This document shows, piece by piece, positions 10,494 through 19,633 of a stretch of DNA of 64,000 nt. Location of the stretch: the NCBI GenBank assembly GCA_963813715.1, contig CAWFAK010000017.1, positions 128,001 through 192,000 on the forward strand, read 5' to 3'. The stretch's first letter is position 1, and every line of letters begins with the position of its first letter. This stretch comes from an uncultured Planctomycetaceae bacterium. Its GTDB lineage: Bacteria; Planctomycetota; Planctomycetia; Planctomycetales; Planctomycetaceae. Under the pieces are notes generated by a model that was not told where the DNA came from, did not search any database, and saw nothing but the letters and a program-made list of their open reading frames with translations. A program made the position numbers and the translations under genes.

Positions 10494-12947
10494 TTAACGC
10501 GAGTCGCCGGTTTTCAGTGTCAGCACCCCCAGGTCGACCGGACGTTGCGACAGCCTTTTGTCGATCTGGGGGACACTGAAGCGGTGCTTGAGTGGGATTC
10601 CCTTGAAGGTCTGTACCTGAACGCTCAATTCGTAGTCGCCGGACGGAACCGCATCGATGGAAAAATTCCCTTCTGCGTCCAGCGCGGCGACGAAACTCGG
10701 CTTCAATTCGGCGAGGCGAGGATCCCGGCTATCAACTCTCAGGAGAACGCGGTTCCACGGAAATGTCTGCTTCGTCTCAGGTGGCCAGCGGAGCTGGCCG
10801 ATGACGGGCCGTCCGGAACCTCCCAGGTCAAAATGCGTGGTTTTGCCAGGCTCGAGTCGGACGGGCATCGAGCCCGTTGAGGCCATTCCGTGGGTCCCGT
10901 TCTCGTCGAACAGCTCAATCTGAGGTGCGATCGTTCCCTGCCCCGGCAGCAATCGGTCGAAGACGTAGCGCCCGTCGGCATCGGTTGTCTCAGAGAATGA
11001 CCAGATAATCCGCGGCCTTTTGGGATCGAACCGACCCCTCGGGCGTGACAGTGATAACGAGGCCGCCGGTTGCGGTTTTCCCACTACCAGGTACGTTCCC
11101 TCCAACCGGGCCCAGGGCGTCAGCTGAATGTTGCCGGGATCCGACTGGGGAGAACACTTCGCCTCCGCATAACCGGACGAGTGTGTGATCACGAGCCAAT
11201 AGTCGGCCTTTTCGCGCGGGAAACGAAAGTGGCCGGCTTCGTCGGTGATCCTCCGTGCCACTGTTTGGGAATCGCCCTGGTCGCCGTTCTCGATTCTGAA
11301 TATCGCGCCGGCGGTCAAGAGCGCCATTTTCGCATTGCGGGCCGGCTTGCCGTCGGCCGTCAGAACGGTGCCGACGATGTCTTCGCCCTTCGTGAGTGCA
11401 AAATCGGCTGTCGCATCTCCGTGGTTCTGCTTGATTGGGTCGGATTCGGCAGGCAAGTAGCCGCCGGCCTCGACGCGCACGCGGAAGGCCGGTTGCCCGT
11501 TTGTGTGCCGAAGCCAATAGGTGCCACCGGTTGCCTCAAAGCCGTCGGCCCAGAGCCATCGCGACGCAGACATGCTTCCTTGGGGCACGACACGAAACCG
11601 CTCAATCGGTCGCTTCGTTTGGGCGTCGACGACTTTGCCTGAAACGCGCAGGTCGGGCTGTTGTCGCAACACGAACTCCTGTTCGCGGGCTCCCAAATTG
11701 TTCCCTCCATTGAGCCAGCTGCCATCGGAAAGCCTGACCCCCACGACGCAACCGGACGCCGGCGCATCGTTCCATTCCCAAGCGCCGTCGTGATCCGTGA
11801 GTTGATTCGTGTCGCTCGTGTCGTAATCGGCGAAAGGGTACACAAATACCTTCGCACTCGGGATGGGCTTTCCCTGCACGTCGAGCACGCGGAGCCGGAA
11901 CTTTCCGCCCCTCGTCAACTGAAAATCGACGGGCGCGTTTTCGGCCGCCCTGGAAACCGGCTGGGAGGCAGGTGCGAACCCCTTCGCCCGCGCCGTAAAC
12001 ATCACCGGCTCGGGGGGGCAACCAACCATCCGGTAAAAACCGTCGGCATCCGTGACGGCCTTAAGGAAAGTATTTCGATAGAAGGTTAGAACGACGGCCC
12101 CGACGATGGGCTCGCCCGATTTATTGGTGACGCGGCCGGTCACGGTCAGCCCGGGGCCGAGGATGATCTTGCCAGCGGACTTCTTGTTCGTCGCGATGCC
12201 GAACTCCGCCGCACTTGAGCCTCGCGCCTGCGGCATGAAAAGGGGATGGGCGATTTGAACGGTAACTGGATCACTCGAAAGCGGGACGCAGTCAAAGTGC
12301 CATTTCCCATCGGCATCGCTCTTTAGCCGCTCGTCCCGGAGCCATTGCAAGGCTTCCGGGCAGCCGTAGGCGAAATCGACGGGCGGCAAGATCGTCGCGC
12401 CGGCGATGGGCTTCCCGTTGACATCGACGAACGTGCCTCCCATCGACCAACCGGGCTCGAGCTTCACCGTCAACTTCGCTTGGATTGGCTCGGAGCGCAA
12501 AGAGGGCGACCAGGATGACCAATAGCGCGCGTATCCCGGAGCTTCGATATAGAGGGCCAGTCGCTTCCACTCGACCTGCGGCTTCAAAGCAATTCGGCCC
12601 TCGCCGTCGGCTTGGAGCGTCGCTCGAGAGCTCGAACTCCGCACGAGCTTGCCGCGTTGCAGTTGCCCGATCTGAACAAGCGGTTCGCTGAAGACCTCGA
12701 TCTTGACGTCGGCGACCGGCTTACCGTCAGGCCCGACGACGTGCAAATCAAAGGGGGCGGTTGCCGACGGGGGCGCAGCAGCGGACTTTGAGTTTGCGGC
12801 ACCGGGCTGGCCGTCGTCGCCAACCAATAATCCGCGCGTCATGAACGTGATGAGCACTCCCAAGCAAACTGCGGCGCGATCCGGATGGTGCGGCCGCGCG
12901 CGGCATCGTGTCGTCACATTTCGGCCGCCGATCTGGTCGTTGCCCAT
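10494..12947 (-). CDS. Secreted carboxypeptidase-regulatory-like repeat protein, array copy 2 (intact, 817 aa)
   Basis: Uninterrupted ORF. VGDDG after a hydrophobic segment, repeated GxVxDxxGxPI / TDxxGxF motifs, C-terminal KRLSQRPVDLGVLTL. Confidence 0.9.
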   Translation of the reverse strand: MGNDQIGGRNVTTRCRARPHHPDRAAVCLGVLITFMTRGLLVGDDGQPGAANSKSAAAPPSATAPFDLHVVGPDGKPVADVKIEVFSEPLVQIGQLQRGKLVRSSSSRATLQADGEGRIALKPQVEWKRLALYIEAPGYARYWSSWSPSLRSEPIQAKLTVKLEPGWSMGGTFVDVNGKPIAGATILPPVDFAYGCPEALQWLRDERLKSDADGKWHFDCVPLSSDPVTVQIAHPLFMPQARGSSAAEFGIATNKKSAGKIILGPGLTVTGRVTNKSGEPIVGAVVLTFYRNTFLKAVTDADGFYRMVGCPPEPVMFTARAKGFAPASQPVSRAAENAPVDFQLTRGGKFRLRVLDVQGKPIPSAKVFVYPFADYDTSDTNQLTDHDGAWEWNDAPASGCVVGVRLSDGSWLNGGNNLGAREQEFVLRQQPDLRVSGKVVDAQTKRPIERFRVVPQGSMSASRWLWADGFEATGGTYWLRHTNGQPAFRVRVEAGGYLPAESDPIKQNHGDATADFALTKGEDIVGTVLTADGKPARNAKMALLTAGAIFRIENGDQGDSQTVARRITDEAGHFRFPREKADYWLVITHSSGYAEAKCSPQSDPGNIQLTPWARLEGTYLVVGKPQPAASLSLSRPRGRFDPKRPRIIWSFSETTDADGRYVFDRLLPGQGTIAPQIELFDENGTHGMASTGSMPVRLEPGKTTHFDLGGSGRPVIGQLRWPPETKQTFPWNRVLLRVDSRDPRLAELKPSFVAALDAEGNFSIDAVPSGDYELSVQVQTFKGIPLKHRFSVPQIDKRLSQRPVDLGVLTLKTGDSR

Positions 12948-12959
12948 CGGATGCTTCCC

Positions 12960-15365
12960 TTACGGTGCTTTCAATGTCAGCACGCCCAAATCGACGGGTC
13001 TTTGCCATAGTTTTTTGTCGATCGCGGGCACGTTGAAGTGGTGCTCCAGCTGGGGCGCTGCGATCCAGGCGACCCGAACCGTCAGGACATACTTGCCGGC
13101 CGGAACGCCGTCGATGCAGAAGTTGCCGTCAGGGGCCAACGTGGCACCGAAACTGGGACTCGATTCCCTGAGTTGCGGGTTGTGGGCCTGGACAAGGATG
13201 ACAGCGTGGCTCCACGGACCTTTCTCCTTCGAATCGGGAGCTCGCCGCAACTGGCCGATCACCGGCCGGCCGGAGGCCCCCAGGTCGAAGTGCACCGTCT
13301 CTCCGGGCTGAAACTGAAGGGGCTGCTCGCCGTACGATGCCATCCCCAACTCCAGGACCTCCTCCATGAGCAACAACGGCCGCCCGATGGTTCCCGCTCC
13401 CGGCATGAGCCGATCGAACTCGTACCGTCCTCGGGAGTCGGTTGTCTGGGAGAACGACGAGAAGATGGACGGCGCGTTCTTGCCGCCCAAGTCATTGCTG
13501 TGGCGCATGACCGAAAGCGAAATATACGGCTGCGGCTTTCCTGCGACGTAGTAGGTCCCCTCGAGCCTCGACCAGGCAGTCAGGCGAATGGGCTTGGGGT
13601 CCGAGTCAGGCGAACATTCGACCTTCGCGTAGCCGCCTCGATGCGTGATCACAAGCCAATACTTCGCTTTCTCGCGCGGGAAACGAAAGCGACCCGCGTC
13701 GTCGGTCAGGCGTTGCTGCGCACCGAATGGGTGATCGGGAAGTTCGCCATTGGTGATGGTGATATGGGATCCGACATGTCCCATCGCCACTTTTGCGTGG
13801 GCGGCAGGACGGCCGTCGGCGGTCAGAAACAATCCCGGCGATGTCTTCGGCGGGTGTCAGCGCGAAATCGACTGTCACGTTGCCCTCGTCCTTCTTGATC
13901 CGGCCCGACTCAGCCGGCAGATAGCCGTCGGCTTCGATCCGGATTTGATTGACAGCCGTCTGGTTCTTGGCACGAAACCAGTAGCTGCCGCCACTCGCGA
14001 GGAAGTTCTCGTTCCAGACCCACGAGGACGCTCCCGGGACGACTCGAAATTTCTTGATCGGCTGCTTGGTCCGGGCGTCGATCACTCTGCCCGAGAAGGT
14101 GACGGCGGGTGGCGCCGAAAAAGGATCTCCCTTGGGCCGGCGACAAGCGGCTGACTGTTGAGCCCTCTGCCATCGGGAAGATTGATCCACGCGCTGAATT
14201 GGTCCGCAGGCGCCTGGCTCCATGCCCACGCTCCCTGGCTGTCGGTGTATTCGCTGGGCCGTTCCAACTCGTAATCGGCGAATGGCCAGAGAAGGAGCCG
14301 CGCCTTTGGAATCGGCTTCCCGTGCTCGTCAAGCAGCCGGAGGCGGACCGTCCCTCCGCGTTTCATCTGAAAGTCGACGGGCTTCATCCCGGATTGAATC
14401 CAAACCGGACGCCAGGCCGGCGCGAGTCCCTTGGCCGCAGCCAGCACCGTCGTCCCCAACGGCTTACAGCCAACCAGGCGGTAAGCGCCCTCCGCATCCG
14501 TGACGGTTTTGCGCTTGCAAAGCTGCAAGTTGGCTTGGACCAGTGCGCCGGCGACGGGCTCGCCCTCCGCATCGGTGACCTTGCCCACGACTGTCAGGCC
14601 AGGGTCCAGGACAATCTTGGCGGAAGGCGTTTGTCCCCGCCTGACGTCAAAATCCGCGCGATTGAACGTAACGGACTTCGGCATGAAATTCGGATGGTCG
14701 ACCTCGACTGTGACGGGATCCCGCCAAATCGGCACGCAATCAAAGTGCCATTTTCCTGCGGCGTCGCTCTGCGGCCGCTTGTCGAGGCAGCGTTCCGTGG
14801 CCTCCTGATCGAATGGCAAATCGACTGGGGGCAGAATCCTCGCGCCGGCGATCGGTTTCCCCTGATCATCGACGATCGTTCCGCCGACGGACCAGCCGGG
14901 TTCGAGTTTGGCGATGTATTCCGCGGGGATCGGCTCGGAGCGAACTTGGGGGCGCCACGACGCACAATATCGGGCGTAACCCGGAGCTTCGATAAAAAGA
15001 TCGAGACGGTTCCACTGGGCCGGCCGCACAAGAACGATTCGGCCTTCGCCATCAGACTCGAGCGTCTCCCCGTAGCTTGATTCGCTCACGAATTTGCCGC
15101 GCCGGACCTCAGCCGCGTGAATGGCCGGCTCGCTCAGGAAGTCGACTTGAACGCGCGGAATCGCTTTCCCGTCGGAAGCGACGATGCGGAGGTCGAACGT
15201 CGAGGCGACCTGCGTGGGCGCGACCGCGGCTCGGGAGGTCGGCGGCTCAGCGGCCACCTCGCCCGTCGCGGCTTGCAAGACGGCCCCGGCCACGACAGCG
15301 CAGCGCATCGCCGGCGATAACAAGAAACATGCTGCCGTGTTTGTGCACCAAGGCGCGAAGTGCAT
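12960..15365 (-). CDS. Secreted carboxypeptidase-regulatory-like repeat protein, array copy 1 (frameshifts near 14105 and 13830; start uncertain)
   Basis: ORFs 14082..15374, 13606..14229 (part) and 12960..13832. Most similar to copy 2 (RSEPI, DxxGKWHFDCVP, GxFRFPREKA). Ends KKLWQRPVDLGVLTLKAP. Confidence 0.85.
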
Positions 15366-15519
15366 GGCAAACAACCCGCTGAGATATCTAATGCTGAGGT
15401 ATCTAATTCTGCCGACCGGCCGAGTTGATTTTCAATTTCTTTCTCGCAAATGCGTTTTCGAGCTGAAGATAGTCTGTGTGCCGCTGACAGGATTGGACGG
15501 CCTGAAGGCCGAGATTCGT

Positions 15520-15840
15520 TTAACGCTCCGCCGTCGTGATCCACGTGCGCGGCAACGCGCCGCCAATGCCCGTCGCGGCGATCTTTTTGCTCTTCTGAGC
15601 GTCGTCGGCGGTTTGTCGCGGGGCCGCGGGGGCGACTGCCGCCGCCTTCTTCGTGGAGATGCGCGGCCCGTCGTCGGCCTGCAGGCTCGACAAGCAGCTC
15701 GCAACGGCGACAAGGACGAGGACGCGCGTGCGTCCGGCGATCCGCGTCCATCATGCGAACTCCGAGACTTGGGTCGAGCGGCCACCGTCACGATACCCAA
15801 ATCGAGCGGGCGCTGCGACAAGTTTTCGTCGATCGCCGGC
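15520..15840 (-). pseudogene. Relic of array genes: a C-terminal motif fragment followed by a signal-peptide/ADDG N-terminal fragment
   Basis: 15840-15780 encodes PAIDENLSQRPLDLGIVTVAA. Downstream, in another frame, RVLVLVAVASCLSSLQADDGPRISTKKAAAVAPAAP ends at a stop at 15520. Confidence 0.65.
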
Positions 15841-15930
15841 CGGCTGAATTGGCAGCGTCCGGGAACCCGATGCGATCGAAGAGCCCTCGCTCACGCTTCG
15901 GGTTGGTGGGTTGACGCCCGGCCGCGCGAG

Positions 15931-16146
15931 CTAGCGCTGGCCGTATGGCGGCTGCTGGCCTGGGTGCGCGTCCGGGTCGATGCCCATGCCGATTTTGGCC
16001 ATCCGCTCGCGGTGATTGATGATCGATTTCACGATCACGGTGAGCGAGCCGAACACGATCGCCGAAATCGGAATCAAGAGCGCAAACACGCCCGCATCGA
16101 TGACGATGGGCGAATCGGCAATCAGCGAGAGGCAGGTAGAGGACAT
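15931..16146 (-). CDS. Single-TM membrane microprotein (DUF6249-like), copy 3
   Basis: 71 aa. TM helix, then IVKSIINHRERMAKIGMGIDPD. Confidence 0.8.
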   Translation of the reverse strand: MSSTCLSLIADSPIVIDAGVFALLIPISAIVFGSLTVIVKSIINHRERMAKIGMGIDPDAHPGQQPPYGQR

Positions 16147-16188
16147 CGCGGTCTCGCGAACGGGGTCGCCGTTATCCAGAGGCGAAGA

Positions 16189-16422
16189 TCAATACCCGGC
16201 GGGCGCTTGCGGATGATTGGGATCGTACTTGTGGGGGTCGTAGTCCGGATCGATGCCCATGCCGATCTTGGCCATCCGCTCCCGGTGCTTGATGACCGAT
16301 TTCACAATCATGACGACCGATCCGCAAACGATCGCCACGACGGGGATGCACAGGGCGATCAGGCCCGCATCCGGCGGAGGCCCATTGGAAGTTGCCAGGG
16401 CGGACATCAGGTGGAATGCCAT
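16189..16422 (-). CDS. Single-TM membrane microprotein (DUF6249-like), copy 2
   Basis: 77 aa with a GAGGAG RBS. TM helix, then IVKSVIKHRERMAKIGMGIDPDYDP. Confidence 0.82.
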   Translation of the reverse strand: MAFHLMSALATSNGPPPDAGLIALCIPVVAIVCGSVVMIVKSVIKHRERMAKIGMGIDPDYDPHKYDPNHPQAPAGY

Positions 16423-16431
16423 GTTTGCTCC

Positions 16432-16683
16432 TCAGCCACCCACTTGCGAAGTCGGGTCGTGTGGGCGTCGGTACGGCCCGGCACTCGCGTGTGGGTTATT
16501 CGGGTCGACGTCGGCTGGGTCGTAGTCGGGGTCGATGCCCATGCCGATCTTGGCCATCCGCTCGCGATGCTTGATGACCGACTTCACGATCACGATCACC
16601 ATCACGATTGCCGCGAGCGGGATCAGCACCCAGATCCCCTCATCCGATGCCAGGACCGGGACCGCCAACGAATCGAAAGACAT
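16432..16683 (-). CDS. Single-TM membrane microprotein (DUF6249-like), copy 1
   Basis: ATG at 16683 with a GAGGA RBS (MSFDSL...). TM helix, then IVKSVIKHRERMAKIGMGIDPDYDP. Confidence 0.8.
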   Translation of the reverse strand: MSFDSLAVPVLASDEGIWVLIPLAAIVMVIVIVKSVIKHRERMAKIGMGIDPDYDPADVDPNNPHASAGPYRRPHDPTSQVGG

Positions 16684-17015
16684 AACTGCGTTCCTCAACC
16701 CGTTACCACGACCCATTCCACGCGGCCGCACGGGACATTCGACCGAGCCTTCCCTTTGGACGTCTTCCGGCGATTCTAAACGGCTGTTCGCTCGAACGCA
16801 CGAAATCTTGGGGCAATTCGGGGAAAAGCGGCCTGGAATCGCCCCCGATTCAGTTTCACTGGATTGCGTCGTCGCGGCCATTGTGAAGCTTTCTTGAATT
16901 CTCGGGCATCGATGACTGCCGTCCTGACTTCTAACCGCCGACACGCGATGATTTGGTCCAGATGTCCAGCGCCGCGCTTAGGATTTGGTTCCAGATGGCC
17001 AGATCTTCGGCTGGT

Positions 17016-17054
17016 TCCGGAACCGACAGCAAGCTGTCGGCTGGGAAAGGTGGA
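17016..17054. repeat. Palindromic REP-like element, upstream of tkt
   Basis: TCCGGAACCGACAGCAAGCTGTCGGCTGGGAAAGGTGGA. A near-identical inverted copy lies at 19451-19490. Confidence 0.7.
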
Positions 17055-17288
17055 CGCCGCCCCAGAGTCCACGATCGCTCGGTGCCGCTCGGCTCGCGCG
17101 CCAGGAGCCGGAAGCCGATGTGTCCTTCCGGAAATCGACGTTTTCGCTGACGGAGCGTGCTTTGGAAAAATCGCGGGGCCGGCTCACTGGCTCTTTGGGG
17201 CCGGTCGCGGGAAACTACTGGCCAGCGGCCCGAGTTTGCATCACCCCCGGACCAGCCCGTCCGGCAGTCACCTCGCGAGGATTCAGTC

Positions 17289-19391
17289 ATGACCGTCACG
17301 GTTGGTCTTACGGTGGCCGGCGAAACGGCTCCGATCGAAAAGCTGGCCGTCAACACGATCCGCACGCTCTGCATGGACGCCGTCCAGGCGGCCAACTCCG
17401 GGCATCCCGGCTCGCCGATGGACATGGCCCCCACGGCCTACGTCCTCTGGCAGCGGTTTCTGCGGTTTGACCCGGACGATCCGATCTGGCCCAATCGCGA
17501 CCGCTTCGTGCTATCCTCCGGGCACGCGTCGATGCTCCTTTATTCTCTGCTGCATTTGACCGGCGTGAAGGCGGTCAATTGCAAGTACGAACGGGAGGGC
17601 GGGCTGTCGGTGCCGTTGGAGGAAATCAAGCGCTTCCGGCAGCTCGGCAGCAAGTGCCCCGGTCACCCGGAATATCGCTGGACGAGCGGCGTCGAGACTT
17701 CGACCGGTCCGCTCGGCCAGGGGCTGGCCAATAGCGTGGGCATGGCCGTCGCGTCGCGGTGGCTGGCGTCGCGCTACAACACGCCCGGCTTCACGATGTT
17801 CGATTTCAACGTCTACGCTCTCTGCGGCGACGGCTGCATGATGGAAGGGATCAGCAGCGAGGCCGCGTCGCTGGCCGCCCACTGGAAGCTGTCGAACCTC
17901 TGTTGGATCTACGACAGCAACCGCATCACGATCGAGGGGCACACCGCGCTCGCCTTCAGCGAGGACGTTGCCACGCGGTTTTTGGGTTACGGCTGGAACG
18001 TGACCCGCGTCGGCGACGCGAACGACCTCGCCATGGTTGAGCGCGCGTTCAAGGACTTTCAGGACACGCAGGATCGTCCGACGTTGATCATCGTCGACAG
18101 CCACATCGCCTGGGGTGCGCCGAACAAGCAGGACACGAGCGCCGCTCACGGCGAGCCGCTGGGCGAGGAAGAAATCCGCCTCACCAAGCGGAACTACGGC
18201 TGGCCCGAAGACGCCAAGTTCCTGGTGCCGGACGGCGTCTACCAGCATTTTCAGAGACGGGATCGGAAAGCGCGGCAAAGGACTCCGCGACGCCTGGTTC
18301 AAGCAGTTGGAGGAATATACGAAGAAGTCGCCCCAGCTGGCCGATGAGCTCACAAAAATCCAGCACCGCGGATTGCCCGCGGGCTGGGACAAAGAGCTGC
18401 CGACATTCCCGCCCGACCCCAAGGGGATGGGCACGCGCGAATCGTCGGGCAAGGTGCTCAACGCAGTCGCCAAAAATGTGCCCTGGCTGATCGGCGGCGC
18501 GGCGGACCTGGCCCCCTCGACCAAGACCCGCCTGACGTTCGAAGGAGCCGGAGACTTCGAGGCCGTCAGTTACGGCGGACGCAACTTCCACTTCGGCATT
18601 CGCGAGCACGCGATGGCCGCCATCATCAACGGCCTTTCGGTCTCCAAGGTGCGGCCGTTCGGCTCGACGTTTTTCGTCTTCAGCGATTACCTGCGTCCCG
18701 CGCTGCGGCTGTCGGCCCTGATGGAGATTCCGACGATTTACGTCTTCACGCACGACTCGATCGGCGTCGGCGAGGACGGGCCGACTCACCAGCCGGTCGA
18801 ACATCTGGCCTCGCTGCGCGCGATCCCGGATTGATCACGCTCCGTCCGGCCGACGCCAACGAAGTGGTCGAAGCGTGGAAATTCATCATGCACCGGCAGC
18901 ACGAGCCGGTCGCTCTCGTTCTCTCGCGTCAGGCGCTGCCCACAGTCGACCGGAAGAAGTATGCGTCGGCCGAGGGACTCCAGCGCGGCGCGTACGTCCT
19001 GGCGGATGCGCCCGACGGAAAGCCGCAGGTGCTGCTGCTGGCGACCGGCAGCGAGGTGTCGCTTGCGGTTGATTGTTACGAGAAACTCGCCGCGGAAGGC
19101 ATCGGCGCACGGGTCGTGAGCATGCCGTCGTGGGAGGTCTTTGAATACCACTGCCGGCACAACCCGAGTTATCGGGAGACCGTGCTGCCGTCCGCCGTCA
19201 GCGCCCGCGTGTCGATCGAGTTTGCCAGCACGCTGGGATGGTGTCAGTACGTGGGCACCGGCGGCGAAAGCGTGGGCATGCACACCTTCGGCGCGTCGGC
19301 CCCCCTCAAAGAACTGCAAACAAAGTATGGCTTCACGCCCGACGCGATGGTTGCCATCGCCAAACAGCAAATCAAGAAGTGGTCGAAGTGA
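17289..19391 (+). CDS. tkt: Transketolase (frameshifts near 18255 and 18830)
   Basis: SGHPGSPM, RDRFVLSSGHASML, TPP motif GDGCMMEG...N, HFGIREHAM, THDSIGVGEDGPTHQP and FGASAP. Confidence 0.95.
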
Positions 19392-19450
19392 CCTGCGCCT
19401 TCTCCGCGCGAGATGATCGGCACCAATCGATGCTGGAATCCTGGAAACCA

Positions 19451-19490
19451 TCCACCTTTCCCAAGCCGACGGCTCGCCGTCGGCTCCGGA
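19451..19490. repeat. Palindromic REP-like element, downstream of tkt (inverted copy)
   Basis: Reverse complement is TCCGGAGCCGACGGCGAGCCGTCGGCTTGGGAAAGGTGGA. Confidence 0.7.
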
Positions 19491-19633
19491 TTCCGACCGC
19501 AGACCGTCGGCTGGGGAAATGTCGGACCTGCTTGAACGATTCACAGCGCAACGTTCAACCGACGTCGCTCGTCCTAGAAAATGCGTGAGATTGCCTCGGT
19601 CGCCCTGAGCAGCCAGCAGCAGGAGCAACGAAC

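Noticed and set aside
1..15365. Diversity-generating retroelement or integron cassette array as the source of the paralogs
   Set aside because: No reverse transcriptase, TR/VR pair, integrase or attC-like sites are visible, and the paralogs are diverged along their entire length.
15975..16575. Three near-identical repeats of about 35 bp as a CRISPR array
   Set aside because: Spacing is about 280 bp, the repeats are in-frame coding sequence of three microproteins, and no cas genes are present.
15184..16779. 531-aa plus-strand ORF with internal repeats
   Set aside because: Antisense to the three microproteins and the relic; its repeats simply mirror theirs.
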